Shown here one piece after another: positions 9,760 to 19,147 of a stretch of 64,000 nucleotides of DNA; position 1 is the first letter of the stretch; the number at the start of each line of letters is the position of its first letter. Source of the DNA: Candidatus Omnitrophota bacterium (GTDB taxonomy: Bacteria > Omnitrophota > Gorgyraeia > Gygaellales > Profunditerraquicolaceae). Under the pieces are notes generated by a model. That model ran no database searches. It was not told the DNA's origin and was given only the letters and a program-made list of their open reading frames with translations. Made by a program: the position numbers and the translations under genes. The stretch lies in NCBI GenBank assembly GCA_028717245.1, contig JAQUOD010000003.1, positions 85,636 through 149,635 on the forward strand, in the 5' to 3' direction.

Positions 9760-9765
9760 ACAAAT

Positions 9766-10962
9766 ATGTCGCACAAAGTTATAATACCAATTGGCCCCTA
9801 TCATCCTCTGCAGGAAGAGCCGGAACTCTTCAGGCTTTATGTAGAGGGGGAGAAGGTAGTGGATATCGATATCGTCTTAGGCTATGTGCACCGGGGAATC
9901 GAAGAACTCTCTGAGCACAAGCATTTTGACCAGGTCCCGTTTCTGGTCGAGCGTATCTGCGGTATCTGTTCCTCTAGCCACCCCTATGCCTATGTGTTGG
10001 CAGTAGAGGATATATTAGGCGGCGAAGCAAAGGTGGTGCCCGAGAGGGCGCTCTATATACGCACGATTGTAGATGAACTGCAGCGTATTCACAGCCATTT
10101 ATTATGGCTGGGCTTAGCCGGCCACTTTATCGGATACAATACCGTCTGGATGTGGGCCTGGAAATACCGCGAGCCGGTATTGGATTGTTTTGAAATGATT
10201 TGTGGTAACCGCAATCATTACGGTATGAGCAAGGTCGGGGGCGTGCGCCGCGATATAAAAGATGAGGATATACCTATATTAAAGAAGGTTATAGATGAGT
10301 TAGCCCCGGCCGTGGACATGTTTAAGGGCGCAGTAATGGATGACCCAGTGATACAGGCAAGGCTTAAGGGAGTAGGTATTTTAACCAGGCAGCAGGCTGT
10401 TGACTGGTGCGTTGTCGGCCCGACGGGGAGGGCCTCGGGAGTAAATATAGATGTGCGCAGGGACGACCCCTACGGCGTATTTGATAGGGTAGACTGGAAT
10501 GTAATTATAGAAAAAGACGGGGATGTATTCGCCAAGACAAGAGTCCGGATCTTAGAGCTTTATGAATCAATAAGCATTATCCGTCAATGCCTGAATAAAA
10601 TGCCTAAGGGTGAAATCGACGCCGATATAAAGGATATACCTGCCGGAGAAGGCATAGGCCGCGTTGAGGCGCCCAGGGGAGAGTGTTTTCATTACGTAAG
10701 AAGCGACGGCACGAACAGGCCGATCAGGCATAAAATCCGCGCCCCCAGTTTTATGAACGTAGCTTCTAATAAGGTCGCTGTAATCGGAGGCACCATATCA
10801 GATGCGGCCATTACCCTGGCAGCGGTTGACCCTTGTTACTGTTGTACGGAGAGGCTGGCGGTTTTAGACAGGGGTAGCGATAAAAAGGTGATGAACGGCT
10901 GGGACCTGATAAAATTATCCCAGGAAAAGACGGAGAAGTTGAAAAAAAGCCGTAAGTTGTAA
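9766..10962 (+). CDS. Group 4 [NiFe] hydrogenase large (catalytic) subunit MbhL / NuoD-HycE-like
   Basis: N-terminal RICGICSSSH (L1 Ni-Fe ligand motif) and C-terminal DPCYCCTER (L2 DPCxxC motif). Confidence 0.85.
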   Translation: MSHKVIIPIGPYHPLQEEPELFRLYVEGEKVVDIDIVLGYVHRGIEELSEHKHFDQVPFLVERICGICSSSHPYAYVLAVEDILGGEAKVVPERALYIRTIVDELQRIHSHLLWLGLAGHFIGYNTVWMWAWKYREPVLDCFEMICGNRNHYGMSKVGGVRRDIKDEDIPILKKVIDELAPAVDMFKGAVMDDPVIQARLKGVGILTRQQAVDWCVVGPTGRASGVNIDVRRDDPYGVFDRVDWNVIIEKDGDVFAKTRVRILELYESISIIRQCLNKMPKGEIDADIKDIPAGEGIGRVEAPRGECFHYVRSDGTNRPIRHKIRAPSFMNVASNKVAVIGGTISDAAITLAAVDPCYCCTERLAVLDRGSDKKVMNGWDLIKLSQEKTEKLKKSRKL

Positions 10963-10980
10963 GTTTATATTATAGCTAAA

Positions 10981-12651
10981 ATGATAAACTTTTTTTACCC
11001 TTTATTTAAATGGGATAGTTTAAATAGTTTTGTGGTCCTGGCAATAGGTTTATTCTCCGTCCTGACCATAATCTATTCTTTTGGCTTCATGAAAGGAAAA
11101 CAGCGGCTTTTTCAATATTATACCTATATTATCTTAACGGCAGCCGCCTCTGTGTTAGCCGTACTTTCTAACCATCTGGCTTTACTTTTATTGTTCTGGG
11201 GTTTTTTGGGCCTGACGCTTTATCTTCTTGTGAATATGGGCGATAATGCCAGCGCTATAGCCAAAAAGACCTTTATTATCGTAGGCGGTTCGGACGCATT
11301 AATGTTATTGGGCATAGGCATTATTTATTATCTTGCGGGCAGCATGCAGATGGATATGATTAAAATCAGGCCGGATAGCGGCCTAGCAATATCGGCCTAT
11401 CTTTGTATTGCCGTTGCCTGTTTTGCCAAGGCCGGTGCCATGCCGTTTCATTCCTGGATTCCGGATACAGCCAAAGATGCCCCGCTTCCGGTGGTAGCGT
11501 ATCTTCCCGCTGCGCTGGATAAATTATTAGGGATTTATCTTTTGGCGCGGCTCTCCCTGAATTTATTTGTAATGAACAACGGCTTAAATATATTCCTTAT
11601 GGTTATCGGCGCCTTTACTATCGTGGCTGCGGTGATGATGGCTTTAGTCCAGCACAATATGAAGAAACTCCTGGGTTACCATGTGGTTTCACAGGTAGGG
11701 TACATGATTTTAGGTATAGGCACGGGTAATCCTATTGGTATTGCCGGCGGCCTCTTCCATATGCTAAACAACGCAATATATAAATCCTGTTTATTTTTCA
11801 CCAGCGGCAATGTTGAGTATCGCACTAAAACCAGCGAATTAGATGAATTAGGCGGCCTTGCCAGGGCAATGCCCCTTACCTATATATCCGCGCTTGTGGC
11901 CAGCCTTTCGATATCCGGGATTCCGCCTTTTAACGGATTTTTTTCCAAATGGATGATCTATCAAGGAATTGTTGAAATGTTTAAAAGTTCAAATATTTAC
12001 GTGTTTAAAAATCTTTTATGCATGTTATGTTTAATTGCAGCGATGCTTGGAAGTACTTTGACTTTAGCATCATTTATGAAAATAATTCATGCTGTTTTTT
12101 TAGGACAATCGCCTAACATTAAAACATTCCAGCATTCCAACATTTTAACAGAAGTCCGTTGGGCAATGTGGCTTCCCTGCATTATTTTGGCAGGCCTTTG
12201 TATTATCTTCGGCGTATTTGCTGTGCAGCTGCCCATGAAATATTTTATTTTACCCGTCGTGGGCCCGGTTGTTTTTATCGGGGCATGGTATGCGGGCTTA
12301 TCGATGCTACTGATAGTTGTTGCTTTAGCCATAGGTATTTTTATAGTGGGTTTTGGTTTATTAAAGACTTCTCTGCGCCAGGATGTGGCATTCACGGGTA
12401 CAGAATCCCTCGATTTAGAAGAGCACAGGGTCACGGGAACGGAATTTTATAACACTATCAGGGAATTCGGCATTTTTAAAGCGCTTTATAAAAAAGCAGA
12501 GGCAGGATTATTCGATATTTACGAAGGGCTTAAGAAGCTGGTATTTGCCGTATCCGGGGCAATGCAGTATTTACATAACGGCATATTGCCGACATACCTG
12601 GTCTGGTGTTTATTAGGGATGGCGGTTTTATTTTTCTGGTTTTTTAGATAG
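10981..12651 (+). CDS. Mrp antiporter subunit A / NuoL-like membrane subunit (MbhH-like)
   Basis: 556 aa, ~16 TM, NuoL/MrpA family motifs (WIPDTAKDAPLPV, VSQVGYM). Confidence 0.8.
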   Translation: MINFFYPLFKWDSLNSFVVLAIGLFSVLTIIYSFGFMKGKQRLFQYYTYIILTAAASVLAVLSNHLALLLLFWGFLGLTLYLLVNMGDNASAIAKKTFIIVGGSDALMLLGIGIIYYLAGSMQMDMIKIRPDSGLAISAYLCIAVACFAKAGAMPFHSWIPDTAKDAPLPVVAYLPAALDKLLGIYLLARLSLNLFVMNNGLNIFLMVIGAFTIVAAVMMALVQHNMKKLLGYHVVSQVGYMILGIGTGNPIGIAGGLFHMLNNAIYKSCLFFTSGNVEYRTKTSELDELGGLARAMPLTYISALVASLSISGIPPFNGFFSKWMIYQGIVEMFKSSNIYVFKNLLCMLCLIAAMLGSTLTLASFMKIIHAVFLGQSPNIKTFQHSNILTEVRWAMWLPCIILAGLCIIFGVFAVQLPMKYFILPVVGPVVFIGAWYAGLSMLLIVVALAIGIFIVGFGLLKTSLRQDVAFTGTESLDLEEHRVTGTEFYNTIREFGIFKALYKKAEAGLFDIYEGLKKLVFAVSGAMQYLHNGILPTYLVWCLLGMAVLFFWFFR

Positions 12652-12657
12652 GAGAAT

Positions 12658-13179
12658 ATGGAGATTTATCTGCTTTTATTATTTATGATTGTGGCTGCCA
12701 TAGCTGCGATTGAAATCAAGGATATGCTCTCTAGCGTCATTGCCTTGAGCACGGTAGGCCTGGGCCTATGCCTGGCGTTTTTGATTTTAAAGGCGCCTAA
12801 CCTGGCTATTATGCAATTGGTTATTGAGCTCTTATGCCTGATCCTGCTTATCCGCGCCACCATCAACAAGGACCTGCCTCTGGTCAGGGATGGGCGCTGG
12901 CTCTTTAATACTATAGCTAGCGTATTATTTATTGCCGTATTTTTAATTTTTGCTTATTTTGCGCTCCTTGAGCTGCCTCGTTTCGGTGAGCCGATTATGC
13001 GCGTTTCGCAGGAATATATTGCCCGGGGGTTAGAAAAAACCGGTTCGGCTAATATTGTGACGGCAGTCGCCCTTAACTTCCGCAGTTACGATACGTTAGG
13101 CGAGATTGCCGTGCTGGCGACTGCAGTAATAGGCATACTTGCAGTGATGAGGAAGACAGGAAGGATACATGGAAAATAA
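12658..13179 (+). CDS. MrpB-like (DUF4040) membrane subunit
   Basis: small polytopic protein in Mrp module position. Confidence 0.55.
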   Translation: MEIYLLLLFMIVAAIAAIEIKDMLSSVIALSTVGLGLCLAFLILKAPNLAIMQLVIELLCLILLIRATINKDLPLVRDGRWLFNTIASVLFIAVFLIFAYFALLELPRFGEPIMRVSQEYIARGLEKTGSANIVTAVALNFRSYDTLGEIAVLATAVIGILAVMRKTGRIHGK

Positions 13180-13555
13180 GGAAGCAGGGATGGGTATAAT
13201 CGTTAAGACCATTACCCGTTTGACTATCGGCCTGATATTTATCTATGGCATATATGTCAGCCTGCACGGCCATATGCGGCCGGGCGGCGGATTCGCCGGG
13301 GGGCTAATCATTGCGCTTTCTTTTATCCATGTCCTGCTTGCCTTCGGCAAGGATGTTGCCTTGAAGAAATTGAATCAAACATTCCTGTTATCCCTGATGG
13401 CCTTGGCAGCAGCGGTTGTTTTGCTGATTTTAATATCCAGGCCAGCGAATTTAATTATTCTTTCTTTATGCGATATAGCCATATGTTTTACCGTGGGGGC
13501 GGGGTTGTTCATAATTTTTTTGGCTTTAGCTTTGATAAAAAAAGACGGGGCGTAG
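13169..13555 (+). CDS. MnhB/MrpB-like membrane subunit
   Basis: 128 aa hydrophobic, Mrp module context. Confidence 0.5.
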   Translation: MENKEAGMGIIVKTITRLTIGLIFIYGIYVSLHGHMRPGGGFAGGLIIALSFIHVLLAFGKDVALKKLNQTFLLSLMALAAAVVLLILISRPANLIILSLCDIAICFTVGAGLFIIFLALALIKKDGA

Positions 13556-13558
13556 ATT

Positions 13559-13897
13559 ATGATGATATATATATTGTGTTTTATACTTTTTTCTATCGGC
13601 CTTTACGGCGTATTGCGTAAGAGAAACGTCATCAAGATTATCATCGGCCTGGTAGTTATGGATTACGCCGTCAATCTATTCCTGATCCTGGTAGGTTATC
13701 GTTTAAAGGGCCGCGCGCCCATATTTGCCAAGGACCAGGTAATTTTAAATATGGTCGACCCCTTACCCCAGAATTTAGTTTTGACTGCCATGGTCATCGG
13801 CCTGGTTATTACTGCTTTATTGGCGGCTATTGCCATAAGGATATACGAAAAGTACGGTACATTCGATATCACTAAAATAAATAAACTGAAAGGTTAG
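13559..13897 (+). CDS. MrpC / NuoK-like subunit
   Basis: ~110 aa, 3 TM, NuoK-like pattern. Confidence 0.65.
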   Translation: MMIYILCFILFSIGLYGVLRKRNVIKIIIGLVVMDYAVNLFLILVGYRLKGRAPIFAKDQVILNMVDPLPQNLVLTAMVIGLVITALLAAIAIRIYEKYGTFDITKINKLKG

Positions 13898-13901
13898 GTT
13901 T

Positions 13902-15404
13902 ATGCATCAGGTATCGCCGGTATTATTTGTCGCTATTCCTTTAACAGCAGCATTCTTTATTATCCTTTTAGCGAGGGCATTAAAGCAGCTGGAGTATATT
14001 TTTTCTATACTGGCCAGTTCCGTACTTTTTTTGTTATCCTTAAGCGTCTTATTCTTTATACCCAAGGCAACAAATAATATATTTGTTTATAAACTGGGCG
14101 CCTGGCTTCCGGCGCTGGGCGTATCTTTGGCCCTTGACGGTTTGAGCGCTTTAATGCTGGTTACGGTCAATCTGATTAGTTTCTTAGTTACAATATATTC
14201 TTTAGGTTATATGCAACGCTATAGCGACAAATGGAAATTCTCTGCCTTATTTATGCTGATGTTGGCAGGGATGAACGGGATAATTATAAGTGCGGATTTA
14301 TTCAGTATCTATGTATTTTTGGAAGTCGCCTCTATAGCCGGTTATGCCTTGGTTGCTTTTGGCACTGAGTCAGAAGACCTGGAGGCCTCTTTTAAATATG
14401 CGGTGATGGGTTCTGTGGCTTCTATCTTTATTCTCCTGGGCATAGCCATGCTCTATAGTTATACTTCTACCTTGAATATGGCGGATATGGCCGCGGTATT
14501 ATCCGCGAAACCCCAAGGTATGATCATTCGATTTGTAACGGTTTTATTCTTAGCCGGTTTTGGCCTGAAGGCCGCAATAGTCCCTTTTCATGCCTGGCTG
14601 GCGGATGCGCATCCGTCTGCCCCGGCGCCGGTATCCGCAATTCTATCAGGGGTATTTATTAAAACCTCAGGCATATATGCCTTAAGCAGGGTTATTTTTA
14701 ATATCCTGGGAGTTTACGGTAAAGTGCTCTGGGTTTTTATAATCCTGGGGGTATTGTCAATGGTAGCAGGGGCATTTCTGGCAATAGCGCAGAAGGATAT
14801 TAAAAGGATGTTTGCCTATTCTAGCGTCAGCCAGATAGGTTATATTATCTTTGCCCTCGGGATTAACACGCCCTTAGCTATTTTTGCTGCCTTATTCCAT
14901 CTGGTCAATCATGCCTTATTTAAGTCGCTCCTCTTTTTGGATGCCGGCGCAATAGAGTATTCTACCGGCACGCGCCGGCTCGATAAATTAGGAGGGTTAA
15001 GCAGCCGCCTGCCTGTTACGTGCTCCACAAGTTTAATCGGTTCCTTGGCTATTTCGGGCATTCCGCCTTTGGGCGGTTTCTGGAGTAAGTTACTTATTGT
15101 TATAGCAGCAGTCCAGGCGCGCTACTTTGGACTGGCCCTGACGGCAGTGCTGGTGAGTATAATCACCCTCGCTTATTATTTAAAATTCCAGAATTTTACA
15201 TTTTTCGGCAAATCCGAAACCAGCCGGAAGGATATAAAAGAGGTACCCCTGAGCATGAAGATGCCTATGATTATTTTGGCAGTTATCTGCGTATTGAGCG
15301 GGTTATTATTGGCCCCTGCATTCAGGCCTTTTCTTCAGAGGGCAGCCGAGGTTTTATCGTCAGGCAATAATTATCAGAATATCTCCGCGGGTGCAATAAA
15401 ATGA
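13902..15404 (+). CDS. MrpD / NuoM-N-like antiporter subunit
   Basis: 500 aa, ~14 TM, NuoN/MrpD motifs (VPFHAWLADAHPSAPAPVSA, SSVSQIGY). Confidence 0.8.
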   Translation: MHQVSPVLFVAIPLTAAFFIILLARALKQLEYIFSILASSVLFLLSLSVLFFIPKATNNIFVYKLGAWLPALGVSLALDGLSALMLVTVNLISFLVTIYSLGYMQRYSDKWKFSALFMLMLAGMNGIIISADLFSIYVFLEVASIAGYALVAFGTESEDLEASFKYAVMGSVASIFILLGIAMLYSYTSTLNMADMAAVLSAKPQGMIIRFVTVLFLAGFGLKAAIVPFHAWLADAHPSAPAPVSAILSGVFIKTSGIYALSRVIFNILGVYGKVLWVFIILGVLSMVAGAFLAIAQKDIKRMFAYSSVSQIGYIIFALGINTPLAIFAALFHLVNHALFKSLLFLDAGAIEYSTGTRRLDKLGGLSSRLPVTCSTSLIGSLAISGIPPLGGFWSKLLIVIAAVQARYFGLALTAVLVSIITLAYYLKFQNFTFFGKSETSRKDIKEVPLSMKMPMIILAVICVLSGLLLAPAFRPFLQRAAEVLSSGNNYQNISAGAIK

Positions 15405-15898
15405 TAAAGACGCGTATAATCCTGTTTATATTGGCATGGCTAGTTTACCTATTATTAAGCTGGTCCTTGTCTCTGGGGGATTTAATTGCGGGGGTGCTCT
15501 TGGCTTTGACGGTTTCCTGGTTAACCCACGATTTATTTATACAGGATCCCCATATTTTTAAGGATCTTAAGCGCTACCTCTGGTTTATTTATTATATTCC
15601 TTTATTTATCTGGGAATGTATCAAGGCAAATGTTGACAGCGCCTACCGTATAGTGCATCCTGCCTTACCTATACGGCCGGGGATCGTCAAAGTAAAGACT
15701 ACCCTGAAGTCGGATATTGGGTTAGTATTCCTAGCCAATACCCTCACCCTTAAGCCGGGCACTATGACTGTGGATATCGATAAAGAAAATGGTTTTTTAT
15801 ATGTGCACTGGGTTGAGGTTGGGAGTGAAGATATGCGGCAGGCAACAGACATGGTTATCGGCAAGTTCGAACGCATACTGAAGAGGATATTTGAATGA
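15401..15898 (+). CDS. MrpE-like subunit
   Basis: position and size in Mrp order A-B-C-D-E-F-G. Confidence 0.55.
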   Translation: MIKTRIILFILAWLVYLLLSWSLSLGDLIAGVLLALTVSWLTHDLFIQDPHIFKDLKRYLWFIYYIPLFIWECIKANVDSAYRIVHPALPIRPGIVKVKTTLKSDIGLVFLANTLTLKPGTMTVDIDKENGFLYVHWVEVGSEDMRQATDMVIGKFERILKRIFE

Positions 15899-16254
15899 AG
15901 AGGCTGCGCTGGTTTTTGGGGCTAATAATTATTTTATTTATTTTTTCCGCGATTCTGTTTTACCCTTTACCGTCTTTACTGGAATGGCAGTCCGTATTTT
16001 TAAAAAAGGCATTTTTTATCCTGCTTTTCTGCGGCGTATTCTGTTTGTGGCGCGTATTAAAAGGCCCGACCGCCGTGGATAGGGTGGTAGCTATAGATAT
16101 CCTGGGGATTATCATTGTGGGCTTCTGCGCTATTTTAGGCATTCCTACGGGCCGCGACTGGTACATTGATATCGGTATTGCCTGGGCGCTGCAGAGTTTT
16201 ATTTCCATTTTGGCTTTGGCTAAATACCTGGAAGGAAAAAATTTTGAGGAATAA
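15895..16254 (+). CDS. MrpF-like subunit
   Basis: ~119 aa, 3 TM, Mrp module order. Confidence 0.55.
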   Translation: MKRLRWFLGLIIILFIFSAILFYPLPSLLEWQSVFLKKAFFILLFCGVFCLWRVLKGPTAVDRVVAIDILGIIIVGFCAILGIPTGRDWYIDIGIAWALQSFISILALAKYLEGKNFEE

Positions 16255-16260
16255 ATAAAA

Positions 16261-16587
16261 ATGAATGAGATTTTCGGCATGGTTATGATTATGGTCGGTT
16301 TGGGGTTTAATTTTTTAGGTTGCCTGGGGCTGATAAGGCTGCCCGACGTCTATAACCGCTTGCATGCCTCTATCAAATGCGTGACCTTAGGGACCAGCAG
16401 CATACTTTTCGGCTTATTCCTCTATAAAGGTTTTACTGCCTGCGGGGCGAAGGCCCTTTTATGCATATTATTTCTGGCATTAACCGCTCCTGTGTCAGCT
16501 CACGTCTTATCCAGGAGCGCGCATAAATCAGGCGTGAAGCTTTGGGAAAAGTCAGTCTGCGATAAGTACGCAGAAGATAAAAAATGA
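16261..16587 (+). CDS. MrpG-like subunit
   Basis: ~108 aa, MnhG-like hydrophobic pattern. Confidence 0.65.
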   Translation: MNEIFGMVMIMVGLGFNFLGCLGLIRLPDVYNRLHASIKCVTLGTSSILFGLFLYKGFTACGAKALLCILFLALTAPVSAHVLSRSAHKSGVKLWEKSVCDKYAEDKK

Positions 16588-17183
16588 AATATCCCAAACT
16601 AAGAGAATTAAAAGAAGCAATAAGGGCACTCATCAAGGGTCCTTACACTTCTAAGTTTCCTTACCAGCCGCATAAGCCTTTTGAGAGATTCCGGGGAAAG
16701 CCGGAATTCCACGAGAAAGATTGCGTGGGTTGCGGCGCCTGTTTTCAGGTCTGCCCGTCAGGGGCAATCAAGATGGAAGATACCAGAGGCAAGAGGGTCC
16801 TGACGCTGAATTGGGATATGTGCATATTCTGCGGGCAATGCCAGGCCAATTGCATAACCGGTAAAGGCATTATGCTTTCCAATGAATTCGATTTAGCGAC
16901 AACGGGAAAAAGAGGGGAGCTAAAACAGACGATAGAAAAGGAATTTATTGTTTGCTGCTGTTGCGGTGAAAACATTATACCTTACGCGCAGATGCTCTGG
17001 GTAGCCAATAAACTCGGCCCGCTTTGTTTCTCCAATGCTTCGTTGATGCTTTTTTATCTAAAAGACTTAGGACTCGCCCCTGAAACAGAATGCCCTCCTA
17101 AGGAAGGATTCGGATTCCGGCGCGCTGACCGTATAGAAGTCCTCTGCCCCCGCTGCCGGCGCCTAGCTGTGCTCAAATCCTAA
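16584..17183 (+). CDS. 2x[4Fe-4S] ferredoxin subunit MbhN / NuoI-like
   Basis: CVGCGACFQVCP and CIFCGQCQANC motifs. Confidence 0.8.
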   Translation: MKYPKLRELKEAIRALIKGPYTSKFPYQPHKPFERFRGKPEFHEKDCVGCGACFQVCPSGAIKMEDTRGKRVLTLNWDMCIFCGQCQANCITGKGIMLSNEFDLATTGKRGELKQTIEKEFIVCCCCGENIIPYAQMLWVANKLGPLCFSNASLMLFYLKDLGLAPETECPPKEGFGFRRADRIEVLCPRCRRLAVLKS

Positions 17184-17184
17184 G

Positions 17185-18384
17185 ATGCTCTCTTCATTAA
17201 AAGTAAGAAATTACCGGCTCTATTGGCTGGGGATGTTTATTTCGCTTATCGGCACCTGGGTCCAGGCAGTAGCCCAGAGCTGGCTGGTATTCCAAATCAC
17301 GGATTCGGCATTTTTGCTGGGGTTTGTGGGCTTCTTAGGTTCCATACCGGTCTTTCTTTTATCTTTATTCGGCGGGGTAGTAGCAGACCGGGTGAATAAA
17401 AAGATTATCCTTCTTTTTACCCAGAGCGCTTTTATGATTCTGGCATTTTTTTTGGCAGCCTTGACGCAGATGAAGGTGATTACACCCGGCCAGATAATGT
17501 TTATCGCGGTATTAAACGGTATGGTTATGGCCTTTGATGCCCCCAGCCGCCAGGCAGTGGTGGTAGAGTTAGTCGGCCGGGAGCATTTATTTAATGCCAT
17601 TGCCCTTAATTCCATAGCTTTTAATTCCAGCCGGATAATCGGCCCGGCTTTAGCCGGCGTGCTCATCGCAGGTATTAGTATGAGCGGATGCTTTTATATA
17701 AACGCCATAAGTTTCCTGCCGCTGATAATTATTCTTTTGTCTATTAAGATCCATAATAACCCCAGGGCCCCGGGGAATAATACAGTGGCGAGAGACCTGG
17801 CCGAGGGCCTGAGGTTTATAAAAAATAGCCGTTTGATATTGGTATTGATTACCATGGTCGGTATCTCCAGCTTATTCGGCATTTCTTATGTTATACTCAT
17901 GCCTGTTTTTGCCGAACGTATATTAAAGGTAGGTGCCGGGGGTTTAGGCATACTGATGTCTTCCAGCGGATTCGGCGCTTTGATTGCGGCATTGGTCCTG
18001 GCGGCCCTGGGGGATTTTAAATATAAAGGCAGGCTCCTCGTTTTTTCTTCCCTAGTATTCTCCCTTGCTTTAATATTATTTTCTTTATCAAAAATATTTT
18101 TGTTATCAGTTATTGCCCTGATGTTGATCGGCTGGGGTTCTGTTATGGCCATAGCGGTAATAAATACCCTCTTACAGGTTAGTGTCAAAGATGAATTCAG
18201 AGGCAGGGTGATGAGCGTATTTATGTTTACCTTTGCCGGCTTTATGCCTTTTGGTAACCTGCTGGCGGGAATCTTATCGCAGGCATGGGGGGTCTCTCTT
18301 ACAGTAATGGTAAGCGGTATTATCTGCGCCATATTTTTTACGGTTATCAACATAGCATATCCGGATATAAGAAGGCAACATTAA
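17185..18384 (+). CDS. MFS transporter
   Basis: 12 TM, MFS loop motif GGVVADRVNKK. Confidence 0.75.
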   Translation: MLSSLKVRNYRLYWLGMFISLIGTWVQAVAQSWLVFQITDSAFLLGFVGFLGSIPVFLLSLFGGVVADRVNKKIILLFTQSAFMILAFFLAALTQMKVITPGQIMFIAVLNGMVMAFDAPSRQAVVVELVGREHLFNAIALNSIAFNSSRIIGPALAGVLIAGISMSGCFYINAISFLPLIIILLSIKIHNNPRAPGNNTVARDLAEGLRFIKNSRLILVLITMVGISSLFGISYVILMPVFAERILKVGAGGLGILMSSSGFGALIAALVLAALGDFKYKGRLLVFSSLVFSLALILFSLSKIFLLSVIALMLIGWGSVMAIAVINTLLQVSVKDEFRGRVMSVFMFTFAGFMPFGNLLAGILSQAWGVSLTVMVSGIICAIFFTVINIAYPDIRRQH

Positions 18385-18397
18385 AGTTTTATTTGAT

Positions 18398-18459
18398 ACA
18401 TTCGGCGACCCTGCAAAAGGCGGGGTCGCAATTAGGCATACGAATGTGTTGATTTTTTT
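18398..18459 (+). terminator. Rho-independent terminator (nested stems acattcg/cgaatgt and gcgaccc/gggtcgc, then T-tract)
   Basis: inverted repeats followed by ttgattttttt. Confidence 0.6.
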
Positions 18460-18578
18460 GAAAAAAGTATTAGAATAAATAAAGACATCCGCCTTTGGCG
18501 GATTAAATTCGCACTTATAACTTACTTATACTGCGTATCCGTAAGTTATGTGCTCATTTAAGAAAGGGGGAGTGGGGT

Positions 18579-19031
18579 ATGAAGAAGTTCGTATTTATCG
18601 TTTTAGCCTTAGTAGTGAGCATTTCTCTGTTTAGCTGCGCTAAAAAAGAGCAGTCCCTTACAGAAATGCAAGAACCGCTTTCCATAGAGGAATTAGGTAA
18701 CCAGGGTTATGTTTCAACGCCCGAAACAACTTCTAAAACCGCTACACCCGCAGTAACAATAGTTCCGGTTGAGACAAAAACAGAACTGCCCTTGCCGCCT
18801 ACAACCTTTAAGCCCACGGTTGAAGAGATTCAGACCGCGCTTAAGAATTCCGGTTACTATACGGGATTGGCGGATGGCAAAAAGGGACCCATGACCAAGA
18901 AGGCAATTGAGGATTTCCAGAGGGCAAATAATCTGGAAGTTGACGGTAAAGTCGGGCCTAAGACCTGGGCCTTATTGAGCCAGCATCTTAACCCCGCGTC
19001 CGTTTCGTCTACGTCCAAGAAAAAAAGATAA
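18579..19031 (+). CDS. Lipoprotein with C-terminal peptidoglycan-binding (PG_binding_1-like) domain
   Basis: lipobox LFSC; GKKGPMTKKAIEDFQRANNLEVDGKVGPKTWALL repeat typical of PG-binding domain. Confidence 0.65.
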   Translation: MKKFVFIVLALVVSISLFSCAKKEQSLTEMQEPLSIEELGNQGYVSTPETTSKTATPAVTIVPVETKTELPLPPTTFKPTVEEIQTALKNSGYYTGLADGKKGPMTKKAIEDFQRANNLEVDGKVGPKTWALLSQHLNPASVSSTSKKKR

Positions 19032-19147
19032 CCCTGCTTTTTTAAAAGAGGTGTAGCATCAAACCCACAGGCCATGTTATCTGCACTTTAACTATCAGTG
19101 GGCTGGTTTATCTATTTTTCAGGTCTACTATAGCATTTTTTGCCTCT

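Noticed and set aside
7700-9765. CRISPR array or REP-element explanation for the short intercistronic repeats
   Set aside because: Units are 5-8 nt with no spacers and each array is followed by its own reverse complement; the three loci use different unit sequences, so they are neither CRISPR repeats nor copies of one REP family.
12159-12452. 97-aa + strand ORF and other alternate-frame ORFs inside mrpA-like gene (also 15891-16082, 26715-26906, 42690-42887, 59051-59272)
   Set aside because: Fully nested in out-of-frame positions within well-supported longer CDS; no independent support.
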